From the IMG/VR virus record IMGVR_UViG_3300027969_000074, positions 1-64,000 of that record: a DNA stretch of 64,000 nt. One strand, given 5' to 3'. The position numbers and the translations under genes were made by a program. Of this stretch, positions 18,426-26,855 are shown in pieces. Source of the DNA: a virus. The notes beneath the pieces were generated by a model. That model saw nothing but the letters and a program-made list of their open reading frames with translations. It was not told the origin of the DNA and ran no database searches. Each line of letters starts with the position of its first letter. Within the stretch, counting starts at the first letter, position 1.

Positions 18426-18481
18426 TTAAAGAACGATTATTGTAAAGTCTATTTATTATATCTAGTCTGGCCAAAAAGTTT
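18426..18481 (-). promoter_or_regulatory. Promoter (AAAC-N17-TATAAT) and boxA-like element for the ncRNA
   Basis: Minus strand AAAAC-TTTTTGGCCAGACTAGA-TATAAT (18460-18455), then CGTTCTTTAA (18435-18426). Confidence 0.6.
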
Positions 18482-18536
18482 TTGAAAAAATTTTAAAAGT
18501 AGCCAAATAAATAACCTAAAATAATTTTTATACATT

Positions 18537-19622
18537 ATGGCAGTAAGCTACACCAATCCAGTATGTTACAATGGATTAAATCGACCAAATAGAGATGCCG
18601 TTAGTTTCGGCCCAGTTTCATTAGGTACAGTTCGTAAAGACTACACTACTCTAATAAACAACAACTGGCGGGCAGGTATTAACCCAGGAATAAACACGGT
18701 AATCTATACTGACACGTATAGCCGCGGAGTTGATACTCAAGCAGCTGCGGTACCTTCAATTCATTGGATTAGTGGTCAATCTCAAGCAAATATTACTGAA
18801 CTAATTAGTCGTTTACCTGAAAGATCAGCAAATAATTACGAATTATTTGCAGATTATGCAACAGCTATTGCCTGGCTAATTGGTACTTATCAATACATGT
18901 TAGTTAACACAAAATATCCTGAATATTTACTACCTCCTGAATGTGCGGCAAATATTGAATTAGGATTCCTAGCAAGTTATCCAGGAACTGATATTGCGGT
19001 TTATGATTTAATTAGTAACAATAATTTTGGAGCAGTTGACGGTGCATTTGTTGCTCCAAGTGCTGGAAGTTTCGTAGGTTATTTTGAGACAGGCGGTAAT
19101 AACGGTAGATTAGAAACACCAAATCTTAGAAATGCCACTGGTAATAACTTCAATGGATCTCTAGTAGTAGAGGGAGTATTCTATCAAGATCGAGACTTAA
19201 ATGGCCACTATTTAGTAGGCACGCTAAACGATAGTATTTCAATTATAGTGGACAACCTAAAAATTACTGTAAAATCCGGTAATACTAATATGGAATTTCG
19301 TAATTTAGCACCACTACAAAACGCTGGAATATTTCATATGGTTGCATATGTTCCAGCTGGCGCAGAAGATCCAAACGACGCCAAACTTTGGATAAATGGT
19401 GTAGATATGGGAATGCCAGCGGTAAGCGGCTCAGGCTTAGCTTCAAGATCGGTTCCAAGTTTGTGTTTATGTGAATCTGCTATTGCTCTAACCCATGCAA
19501 CAACTACTCGAGTTTATGGATTTAAAGCTTATGAATACGGGAATGCGGGACAAGCAATAAGTGACGTTCCTAACCTTGCAACTGCAAACTATGCAGCAAT
19601 TTCTACGATTTACGGAATCTAA
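18537..19622 (+). CDS. Virion structural/decoration protein with LamG/ConA-like C-terminal domain
   Basis: ASYPGT..VYDL; FHMVAY...KLWING; Asn/Gly-rich; ATAAATAA at 18507-18514. Confidence 0.55.
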   Translation: MAVSYTNPVCYNGLNRPNRDAVSFGPVSLGTVRKDYTTLINNNWRAGINPGINTVIYTDTYSRGVDTQAAAVPSIHWISGQSQANITELISRLPERSANNYELFADYATAIAWLIGTYQYMLVNTKYPEYLLPPECAANIELGFLASYPGTDIAVYDLISNNNFGAVDGAFVAPSAGSFVGYFETGGNNGRLETPNLRNATGNNFNGSLVVEGVFYQDRDLNGHYLVGTLNDSISIIVDNLKITVKSGNTNMEFRNLAPLQNAGIFHMVAYVPAGAEDPNDAKLWINGVDMGMPAVSGSGLASRSVPSLCLCESAIALTHATTTRVYGFKAYEYGNAGQAISDVPNLATANYAAISTIYGI

Positions 19623-19846
19623 TCTTTAAACTGATATTCTTTAGCAATGGATTCTCTTAATGAGAATCCATTGTCGTTTAAGAAGGACTGAAAATCTGTG
19701 AATTTATAATTAACACGGCAGTCAGTTTGACTACAGTGGACTGTAATATAGGTATGATTTAGGCAACTAACGCTGATGTCTTTAACTTGATGGTCAATTC
19801 CATCTTTGGTTAGGGTAGTATTGATTAGGGATAAACAGTCTCTCAT
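19619..19846 (-). CDS. Small hypothetical protein
   Basis: ATGA-coupled to 19843..20067. Confidence 0.4.
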   Translation of the reverse strand: MRDCLSLINTTLTKDGIDHQVKDISVSCLNHTYITVHCSQTDCRVNYKFTDFQSFLNDNGFSLRESIAKEYQFKD

Positions 19847-20067
19847 ACAGATAGTTTTTTATAACGCCAACGAAAGTAGATAGAGGATCCAAAGAATACT
19901 GCCGCAATACAGTACATAACGAAATTGGCTCGCCACAAGCTGCCAGTTGCTTCGATTAGCCAAAATTGGACAATATCGAAGCCAAATGGATTGAAAAATA
20001 GGGCAAGCATCATGCTCCAGGTTGATAGATTCCCAAATAGGGTTCTTCTTCGTGTTTCGACTATCAC
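19843..20067 (-). CDS. Small two-TM membrane protein
   Basis: MMLALFFNPFGFD and FVMYCIAAVFFG hydrophobic segments. Confidence 0.55.
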   Translation of the reverse strand: MIVETRRRTLFGNLSTWSMMLALFFNPFGFDIVQFWLIEATGSLWRANFVMYCIAAVFFGSSIYFRWRYKKLSV

Positions 20068-20143
20068 CGTCCATATGTGTCTATTTTTTCAAGCTCACTA
20101 ACTTAAGTTCGCCAGGAAATTTCTAAAATTTCAAATTTATTTA

Positions 20144-20404
20144 TTACCACTTAGGTTCCTCGCCAATTTGATCTAGTGCGCAATGAAAGCCTACCAGTCT
20201 GGTCTTGGCCTCTAAGAAACAGCCACATATACCGCACTGGGTTAGGATCTCGCCAAAATGCGGACACTCTTTACAAATTGCCATTCGACGGTCTTTTTCT
20301 GTATCATTCACAAATACTTTATTCATGATTCTACTAAGCACAGTAGTTTGTGGAACTGGTTGGTTATTGCTGCAACCACAGCCTTGAGTTGTTTCGTCAG
20401 CCAT
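20144..20404 (-). CDS. Cys-rich metal-binding protein (DUF6171-like)
   Basis: R.AIC..C......C..CGCF..AK......C.....KW. Confidence 0.65.
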   Translation of the reverse strand: MADETTQGCGCSNNQPVPQTTVLSRIMNKVFVNDTEKDRRMAICKECPHFGEILTQCGICGCFLEAKTRLVGFHCALDQIGEEPKW

Positions 20405-21378
20405 TATGCTTCGATTTTTTCAAATAGTCTCTTATCGTCAAACTCTAAATAGCTTTCAAGTAAAGAGCTAAAACCTTCGCGATACTTAAGTACAGCTAAG
20501 TCTTTGGCCTTTGCCTCAATTTCAATATCTATTGCCTGACCATAATTATTTATTTGCTCATAAATGTAATCAGCATGAGACCTCGCAATTACGCTTGGAT
20601 CCTCGAATGTTTTTTTACTACTTGAATAATGAGTAAGCGGAGTATGGCCGTGCCAAGTGGTAGCAGCCAGCTTAAGCGCAGCCTCTTCAGTAAGATCACT
20701 AGTATTAAACCGGTGATGATGAAAATCAAAAGTAATAGGAGTACCTATTTCAAGATACACCAATTGATATAGATCGACTACTGAATATTGAGTAGCCTTA
20801 TCGTCATTTTCTACAACCAGCCTGGCTTTGGTATTTGGTTTAAGTAGTTGAAAATTCTCGCAAAAACGTTTAGCTGCTGCCGTTTTATCGCCATAAGTAC
20901 CGCCAATATGAATATTGATTGGGAAACCTACATTGGTTGGCAACTTCATAAGATCCATAATTTCGCAGTGCTGATCCAGATCCTTTACGGTTTTTGCAAC
21001 AACATCGGCTCTAGGAGAAGGCAAGACATCGAACTGGCCTGGGTGCATTGATACCCTGATATTATTTGCAACTGCAAACTTGCCAATCTCTTGCATGTCT
21101 GATAAAATTTCAGGAAAATGTGGCAGCATTTGAATTTCATATTCTGACATCCATGGAAAAATATCGCTTGACATTCTGTACACATAAATGCCATTGGCTA
21201 AATTCCATTCCAGAATTTTTAGAACATCTTTTATATTTTGATGTGCAAGCTCGGCACAATATTCAAGGCCCTTTTCCTGAAAGGTTTTACGGATCATACC
21301 TCGATTGGCTGTAATTTTTTGGTCGGCTAATGACAAGTTAATGCAACAATAACCCAAACGGACGTTAGTATCTTTCAT
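20404..21378 (-). CDS. uvsE: UV DNA damage endonuclease (UvsE/UVDE)
   Basis: LGYCC, YRMSS..FP, SMHPGQF, VENDD, FDFHHH, HADYI, EAKAK. Confidence 0.95.
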   Translation of the reverse strand: MKDTNVRLGYCCINLSLADQKITANRGMIRKTFQEKGLEYCAELAHQNIKDVLKILEWNLANGIYVYRMSSDIFPWMSEYEIQMLPHFPEILSDMQEIGKFAVANNIRVSMHPGQFDVLPSPRADVVAKTVKDLDQHCEIMDLMKLPTNVGFPINIHIGGTYGDKTAAAKRFCENFQLLKPNTKARLVVENDDKATQYSVVDLYQLVYLEIGTPITFDFHHHRFNTSDLTEEAALKLAATTWHGHTPLTHYSSSKKTFEDPSVIARSHADYIYEQINNYGQAIDIEIEAKAKDLAVLKYREGFSSLLESYLEFDDKRLFEKIEA

Positions 21379-21390
21379 GTAGTTATTATA

Positions 21391-21669
21391 CTACAAAATT
21401 GTATTGGCAAGCTGAACCGATAGCCAAATACCTAAATACGAACCTGCTACTGAGCCGGCAACATAACCAAACCATTGGTGTAGTGAATCTTCGCTCTTTG
21501 CAATTTTTCGGATTACAAAAAAGTTTAGTGAAGCTATTGTAAAATCACTAACTGCTGCTAAGTGATATTGAGTTTCAGCAACTGCTCTAAAATTTATACA
21601 TAGAATTCCATATAGCACAAGCTGAATAGCAAATAGTAATAGACACTCCTTTAGTTTTAAAATATTCAT
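21391..21669 (-). CDS. Small three-TM membrane protein
   Basis: Hydrophobic helices; Y..G...G...G motif. Confidence 0.55.
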   Translation of the reverse strand: MNILKLKECLLLFAIQLVLYGILCINFRAVAETQYHLAAVSDFTIASLNFFVIRKIAKSEDSLHQWFGYVAGSVAGSYLGIWLSVQLANTIL

Positions 21670-21678
21670 CCTAGTTAA

Positions 21679-22305
21679 TTAAAATTTGTTGGGTGATTGG
21701 TAACCATTCGTAACTGACCTGATGACTCTAACTACATCTAATGCATCCTGCAAAGCATCATGGGTTACTTCTCCAGATAGCTCGCATCGATCCATACATG
21801 TCTGTAAATTTGGTAAACTCTCGTCAGTGTGCCAGTCCATTAATAGAATAGCTGGATCCAGGATACGTTGCCTCATTTGAATTGAACTCATCCAGTTTGG
21901 AAGTTTCTGTAGAAATACTTTATCAAAACTTGCAAAGTTTTTACCGGCAACATTAATCTTTACACCACCAGTCGCTTCACATGGAAATCCGTTTGAGATT
22001 AACCACATTTGAAAAGATTTGGCAACAAGCCCGGCAGGTAAAATATTATGCTCTTTTCGATAGGCCAAACGCTCTTCCTTGGTTTTATTCTCAAGACCGC
22101 CAAGAATTTTTAAGATCCATGAATTTAATGAAAGCGCAAATGAACTTCCAGCATAAGCTTCATGTTCAATGATACACTGAAACTTAGGTAGCTGATCGTA
22201 AGGTACAGGCTTTTGAGTGTCTTCAATCACTGCACCGATTTGAAGAATTTGACAAGACTCTGGGTTAAGGCCAGTCGTCTCAATATCAATTGAAATATAT
22301 TTCAT
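21679..22305 (-). CDS. DEDDh 3'-5' exonuclease
   Basis: IDIETTG, N..SFD..FL, HDALQDA. Confidence 0.9.
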   Translation of the reverse strand: MKYISIDIETTGLNPESCQILQIGAVIEDTQKPVPYDQLPKFQCIIEHEAYAGSSFALSLNSWILKILGGLENKTKEERLAYRKEHNILPAGLVAKSFQMWLISNGFPCEATGGVKINVAGKNFASFDKVFLQKLPNWMSSIQMRQRILDPAILLMDWHTDESLPNLQTCMDRCELSGEVTHDALQDALDVVRVIRSVTNGYQSPNKF

Positions 22306-22316
22306 ATGTATATGGA

Positions 22317-22736
22317 TTAAAATGGTAAATCGCTATCATCACTAAATGGATTAGCTGGAGCGGCTGATTTTTTAGGACCTGTGTCAATTCCAAGACTGCG
22401 GAAGATTTCATCATCTTCGTCCTCTTCTTCAACTTTTTTACTTTTAGTGGATGCGCGTTGCTGACCACTAATTCGGTAAGCTTCAAGACTGTTGAAGTAT
22501 TTGGTTTGACCAGACTTATCAGTCCAGTCTCTACCTTTTACGTCAAACGAAATAGAGACAGTGTCTCCGATGCCGTATGAATCGATCATATCGCATTTAT
22601 CTTGGACTAATCCAAATATTATTTTTTGTGGGTACTTGTCCCCTGATTCAATTACAAACTCTCTTTTGCGAAAGCCTTTGTTAAATGTCTGTGCTGGGAA
22701 TATTTCGATAATTACCCCTGTTAATTCAAATGCCAT
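22317..22736 (-). CDS. DUF3127-like OB-fold protein, probable single-stranded DNA-binding protein
   Basis: F.KREFVI...KYPQ..F...QDK; YFNSL.A.RI; acidic SSB-type tail DDSDLPF. Confidence 0.8.
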   Translation of the reverse strand: MAFELTGVIIEIFPAQTFNKGFRKREFVIESGDKYPQKIIFGLVQDKCDMIDSYGIGDTVSISFDVKGRDWTDKSGQTKYFNSLEAYRISGQQRASTKSKKVEEEDEDDEIFRSLGIDTGPKKSAAPANPFSDDSDLPF

Positions 22737-22737
22737 A

Positions 22738-23217
22738 TTAGAAATCGTGATTAGTTATTTTTATATCGTAGTTAGTAAAATTTTCAAAATCTTTGCGGTC
22801 TGCTTCAAGTCGACGTTCAACTGAATCTCCTGGCATATTACGGCTAATCATACGCTGCCGTCTAATCTCTTCATCTATATCAAAAAAGATTACAAGTGAC
22901 TCTTTACGTGCATCATCAGATAAATGGGCTAAACCAGACGGGGTCATAATAAAAAGATCGTCTTGTTCAAATTGGTCAACGGTTGTTCCGTATATCCAGT
23001 TATTAAACGCAACCCATTCGTAAAATTGATCGGTGTCAATCATGTCTTGAGCCTGCGGCCGGGTCATGAAAAAATAATCTTTTCCATGTACCTCACCTTC
23101 TCTTGGAGGTCTTGTTGTGTAACTGATTGCGTATTTAAACCCGCGATCTTCAAATTTTTTGCGAAGGAAATCCTTTCCGCTTGCGGCTTTGCCGACTAAA
23201 ATTATTCGTTTGCTCAT
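22738..23217 (-). CDS. gmk: Guanylate kinase-like nucleoside monophosphate kinase
   Basis: GKAASGKD, SYTTRPPREGEVHGKDYFF, FYEW..F....YGT. Confidence 0.9.
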   Translation of the reverse strand: MSKRIILVGKAASGKDFLRKKFEDRGFKYAISYTTRPPREGEVHGKDYFFMTRPQAQDMIDTDQFYEWVAFNNWIYGTTVDQFEQDDLFIMTPSGLAHLSDDARKESLVIFFDIDEEIRRQRMISRNMPGDSVERRLEADRKDFENFTNYDIKITNHDF

Positions 23218-23225
23218 ATATTAAA

Positions 23226-24515
23226 TTAAAATTCTCTCTTTTGACCGTGAACTGCTTTAAATACTGGAAATCTTAGTGAGTGAGCACCATGTTGATCAGT
23301 AGTTTCTTCAAAGAATTGTACAGTAATTGTTTTACCTAAAATTTCATTTGGGTTTTCGTGATAGTGTCGTCTTTGTTCAAGATTAAAGCCTGAACCTACT
23401 CTAACTGTATTACCTTTGTGTTCTACAATTACGGCTTTTAGCATAAGCTCTTCAACTTCTTTACCCATATCAATAATACGATTTACGTCAGATTCAAGAT
23501 CGATTACTACATATTCTGCATCATGCATCTTTTTAACCTTAAGTAGATTCTTTGAGCGCTTGCCTTCGTATCCAATATCCTTACGCATCATTACACCTTC
23601 ATAACCCATTTCAGTTGCATCAGCCACAATCTTTTCAAATTCCTCAATTGATTTTATTTGAAATTGGGGTAATGGTTCAGCATAGGTTAGGCCAGTTACA
23701 ATTGCATTTAAGATGATTAGTCGGGCTGAAAGAGAAACGTCTCCGGCTTGATTCCAAAATTCAGATGATTCTAAAAAATCAAACACATAATATTTTGGAT
23801 TCTGTATAGTATGGTTTTTTCTACCAATTTCTTTGATAACCCCCTGGAAATCTTCAAGTCCGCCAGGTTTCATAACGCAAACTTCTCCATCCAATACTTT
23901 ATTCTTTAATCCAAGCCTCTTAATATCTTGAGCCAAGATTGAAAGCGTTAAAAATTCGTTGCCAGCTCGTGAATAAAACTTAGGTTCGCCATGTTCGTCA
24001 ATTACGGTAATACAACGAACTCCATCAAGCTTACGACTTGCCCACCATTCTCCAGACTCAAAGTTTACCTTTTTTTCATTACCATCAAACTTCTCAGCTA
24101 GGGCAACATCAAATGTAGGTACTGTACCTGGCATTACTGAATTAATTAAGGTAGTAGTTGCTCTAGTCTTTAAGTTTCGGTCTATCACATCATAGATGAC
24201 CTCCGCGAACTCCTGATTTTTAGCAATAAAACCATTAACTACTTGAATAGCATTGTGACCTGTGATTAGCCTTGCATCCAGATCATTAAGTAAATCAAAT
24301 AGATCATCATAGTTATCAAAACTAAGATCCTGACGTTTCTTTAAATTATCTGAAGTAACATAATACTGTTTAAATGGAGAATAGACGTATTCAAACAGCT
24401 TACGTAATACTGGAGTATCGTAACGTTTAAGTATCTCTTTCTTATCGTTTGTTGAAGAAGTCGCTTTCATTTCGTCAATGAATTGTGCAACTAATTTAAA
24501 ATCTTGGTTTGTCAT
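23226..24515 (-). CDS. ATP-dependent DNA ligase
   Basis: KLDGVRC, LDGE, FD, EGVM.R, LLKVK, VGSGF, LRFP. Confidence 0.95.
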   Translation of the reverse strand: MTNQDFKLVAQFIDEMKATSSTNDKKEILKRYDTPVLRKLFEYVYSPFKQYYVTSDNLKKRQDLSFDNYDDLFDLLNDLDARLITGHNAIQVVNGFIAKNQEFAEVIYDVIDRNLKTRATTTLINSVMPGTVPTFDVALAEKFDGNEKKVNFESGEWWASRKLDGVRCITVIDEHGEPKFYSRAGNEFLTLSILAQDIKRLGLKNKVLDGEVCVMKPGGLEDFQGVIKEIGRKNHTIQNPKYYVFDFLESSEFWNQAGDVSLSARLIILNAIVTGLTYAEPLPQFQIKSIEEFEKIVADATEMGYEGVMMRKDIGYEGKRSKNLLKVKKMHDAEYVVIDLESDVNRIIDMGKEVEELMLKAVIVEHKGNTVRVGSGFNLEQRRHYHENPNEILGKTITVQFFEETTDQHGAHSLRFPVFKAVHGQKREF

Positions 24516-24521
24516 ACGGTT

Positions 24522-24530
24522 ATTATACTA
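24522..24530 (-). promoter_or_regulatory. TAGTATAAT -10 element, 6 nt before the ligase ATG (representative of a class)
   Basis: Same 9-mer and 6-nt spacing at 15742-15750, 21385-21393 and 25841-25849. Confidence 0.7.
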
Positions 24531-24533
24531 AAC

Positions 24534-24558
24534 AAAAAAAGCCGCTGACGCGGCTTTT
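24534..24558 (-). terminator. Intrinsic terminator
   Basis: Minus strand AAAAGCCGCGTCAGCGGC-T7. Confidence 0.8.
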
Positions 24559-24576
24559 AATAAAAATTTAAAAAAA

Positions 24577-25137
24577 TTAGGCTTGAGGTTCTTGCTTAGT
24601 AAGTTCGTCCTGCTTTGCATTTTCCAATTTAATTTGGTTAATGATTTGATCAAGCTGCTTCATTTCCATTACTGGAGTGTTAAGTGCAATCGCAATTCTA
24701 AAAATTCGTTGAGCTGATTCTAAACTTGAACCTTCGAATTTATTAATAAGGATGGCTGCCGCTTCAACTGCAGAAGCTTGGATTTGAACTCCAGCTGATT
24801 CCGAGTCTTTGTCTTCTTGTTCAAGACGTGCAATAGCAGAAGAGAATCCCATGAAACAATTCATAATCATAAACGCTTCATTTGGGCCAGTGAATCCAAA
24901 TTTACCGTCATTACATGAATTTTTAATCCATTTTAAATCTTTAATGTCCAAATTAACTTGGAAAAATCCAGTTCTTTTGTTGATTAACATGTCTAATTCT
25001 GACATTTCAGCTTGGGGTTCTTGAGTTGGCTCTTCCATTACCATGTCTGGTGCCATTTCCATTTGAGGTTCTTCGATAGCTACGGTAGCTTCGTCCATTA
25101 CTAGTTCATCAGTAATTAATTCGTGTTGATTTTCCAT
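24577..25137 (-). CDS. Hypothetical protein with acidic N-terminus
   Basis: 186-aa ORF preceded by AAAAC-N17-TAAAAT. Confidence 0.55.
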   Translation of the reverse strand: MENQHELITDELVMDEATVAIEEPQMEMAPDMVMEEPTQEPQAEMSELDMLINKRTGFFQVNLDIKDLKWIKNSCNDGKFGFTGPNEAFMIMNCFMGFSSAIARLEQEDKDSESAGVQIQASAVEAAAILINKFEGSSLESAQRIFRIAIALNTPVMEMKQLDQIINQIKLENAKQDELTKQEPQA

Positions 25138-25188
25138 TTTATATAAAATTTGTTGTTTAGCTATTTTACTAAAAATGGTGAAGGAGTT

Positions 25189-25656
25189 TTAGGAAATTCT
25201 ATCTAAAATTATTAATTGTGCTCTAGATACCTTTGAATAGGCGTCTTTAACATCAATAAAGCCGGCCCAGTCTATTTCTTCTGGCTGTAATTGACTCTTT
25301 GGAATAGTCAATCCATCTAGTCCAATTTCAGAAAGCTCTGAGATTCTACAAATAAAATAATGAAGTGAGTTTTTATAGTCGCCGGCCTTATCAAAAACCT
25401 GAACAGTTTCAACAGCCGGCTCTAATTTATCAGGTGAGAGCCTAATTCCAGTTTCTTCAAGAAGTTCTCTAAGCGCAGCATCAAGAATTTCTTCTCCAAC
25501 TTCAATTTTGCCTTTTGGAATTCCCATAATTGGTTTGGTCCAACTGCCATTGGTTGGATGAACTAGTAGAATCTTTTTTTGATAAAGAATAGCTACACCA
25601 GCCGCATCTGAATATTTCTTTTTTTCTGCCAAGAAATTAGAAAATGTTTTAATCAT
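25189..25656 (-). CDS. Nudix hydrolase with capsid-targeting-like leader
   Basis: Nudix box GKIEVGEEILDAALRELLEETG; MIKTFSNFLAE. Confidence 0.9.
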   Translation of the reverse strand: MIKTFSNFLAEKKKYSDAAGVAILYQKKILLVHPTNGSWTKPIMGIPKGKIEVGEEILDAALRELLEETGIRLSPDKLEPAVETVQVFDKAGDYKNSLHYFICRISELSEIGLDGLTIPKSQLQPEEIDWAGFIDVKDAYSKVSRAQLIILDRIS

Positions 25657-25834
25657 TGTTTAGAGATTGACGGTATTCCGCATTACGAATCTCTTCTCTA
25701 CGTTTTATACTTGGTTTTATAAATTCCTTTCGTGAACGTAATTGCTTCACCGTACCAGTTTTTTCAAATTTGCGTTTTAAAACTTTAAGAGCCCTGTCTA
25801 AAGTTCCATTTTCTTTTACATTTATAATTAGCAT
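25649..25834 (-). CDS. rpsU: Ribosomal protein bS21 (phage-encoded, Bacteroidota type)
   Basis: MLII.VKE....DRALK..KRKF.KTG...QLR.RK.F.KPS..RR; Tyr at position 54. Confidence 0.93.
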   Translation of the reverse strand: MLIINVKENGTLDRALKVLKRKFEKTGTVKQLRSRKEFIKPSIKRREEIRNAEYRQSLNND

Positions 25835-25841
25835 GGGACTA

Positions 25842-26840
25842 TTATACTAAAGATGTTTTAATTGCAGCTAAACTAGCAGTGTATGAGGCTATGTCAAAGC
25901 GGTATTCCGCAAGCATATCTGCACTGTGCTGATTTCCTCTAACTCCAATGCACCATTGAGCAAATTTTGCTTTATCAGTTACCGAAATATTGTTGGTTGC
26001 GCCGCTGCTTTTCAGGGTATAAAATATCCCGCCAGATGAAGCTCCGGCAATTGCATCATACATTCGTTGCAACTGGCCTATTGTATATTTTGGGGAAATT
26101 AACATGTAAAGTCCATGAATTGCCTTTTCATCAGTCTGGCTGATTATTGATTCTTGAGTCTTTAAATTAATTACTTGAAGTATCATATTAACTTGAGCAT
26201 CAGTTGCGGCAGATCCTGCAATTTTATTAACCTTTCCAATTGCATCGATTTGGGTTGGGCGATCACCTCCACTTAACGGATTTATCCATGGTGTAAAAAT
26301 GTCTCCATCTCCGACTAAACATGGGCTAGTTGCATAATCGCCAATTCTACCATAAAATCCACCCAATGCTTTACACTTATTGATTTGAGCATTAACCCAA
26401 TCCATGTGAGCTTTATCCCAAGTCTTTCCAAATTTTTCAATAGATACGGTAATTAGTGCAGCAATAAATTCATTCATCTTACCCTTTGGGTCGTATGTTG
26501 AAAGCTTTTCAATATTAACCATTTGACCGGTTGCGGCAACTGCTGCACCGTCTACTGAAAGATCAACTTTACCGTTTGTAATTTTCCAATTAACTGTAAC
26601 CATATCAGCACCATTATCGTGTTTAACCATTACCTTTCCGGTAGGTTGGTCAGCTTCATGGCCAGCAACAACCGCAGTTTGAACTTGATTCCATTGAGCT
26701 GCATATGTGCCTCCGGCCTTTCCGCTTTTTATTTGCTCAAGGGCTTTGGTTGGATTAGCATCTGCTTCTAAAATTGCAGACTCGTTGATTTTATTATAGG
26801 TTGATAGCTCTAAGCCTCTCGCGTAATTTAAAATATTCAT
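25842..26840 (-). CDS. Hypothetical virion-internal protein
   Basis: Leader ...LSTYNKINESAILEA. Confidence 0.55.
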   Translation of the reverse strand: MNILNYARGLELSTYNKINESAILEADANPTKALEQIKSGKAGGTYAAQWNQVQTAVVAGHEADQPTGKVMVKHDNGADMVTVNWKITNGKVDLSVDGAAVAATGQMVNIEKLSTYDPKGKMNEFIAALITVSIEKFGKTWDKAHMDWVNAQINKCKALGGFYGRIGDYATSPCLVGDGDIFTPWINPLSGGDRPTQIDAIGKVNKIAGSAATDAQVNMILQVINLKTQESIISQTDEKAIHGLYMLISPKYTIGQLQRMYDAIAGASSGGIFYTLKSSGATNNISVTDKAKFAQWCIGVRGNQHSADMLAEYRFDIASYTASLAAIKTSLV

Positions 26841-26855
26841 AAATAGATTTTATTT

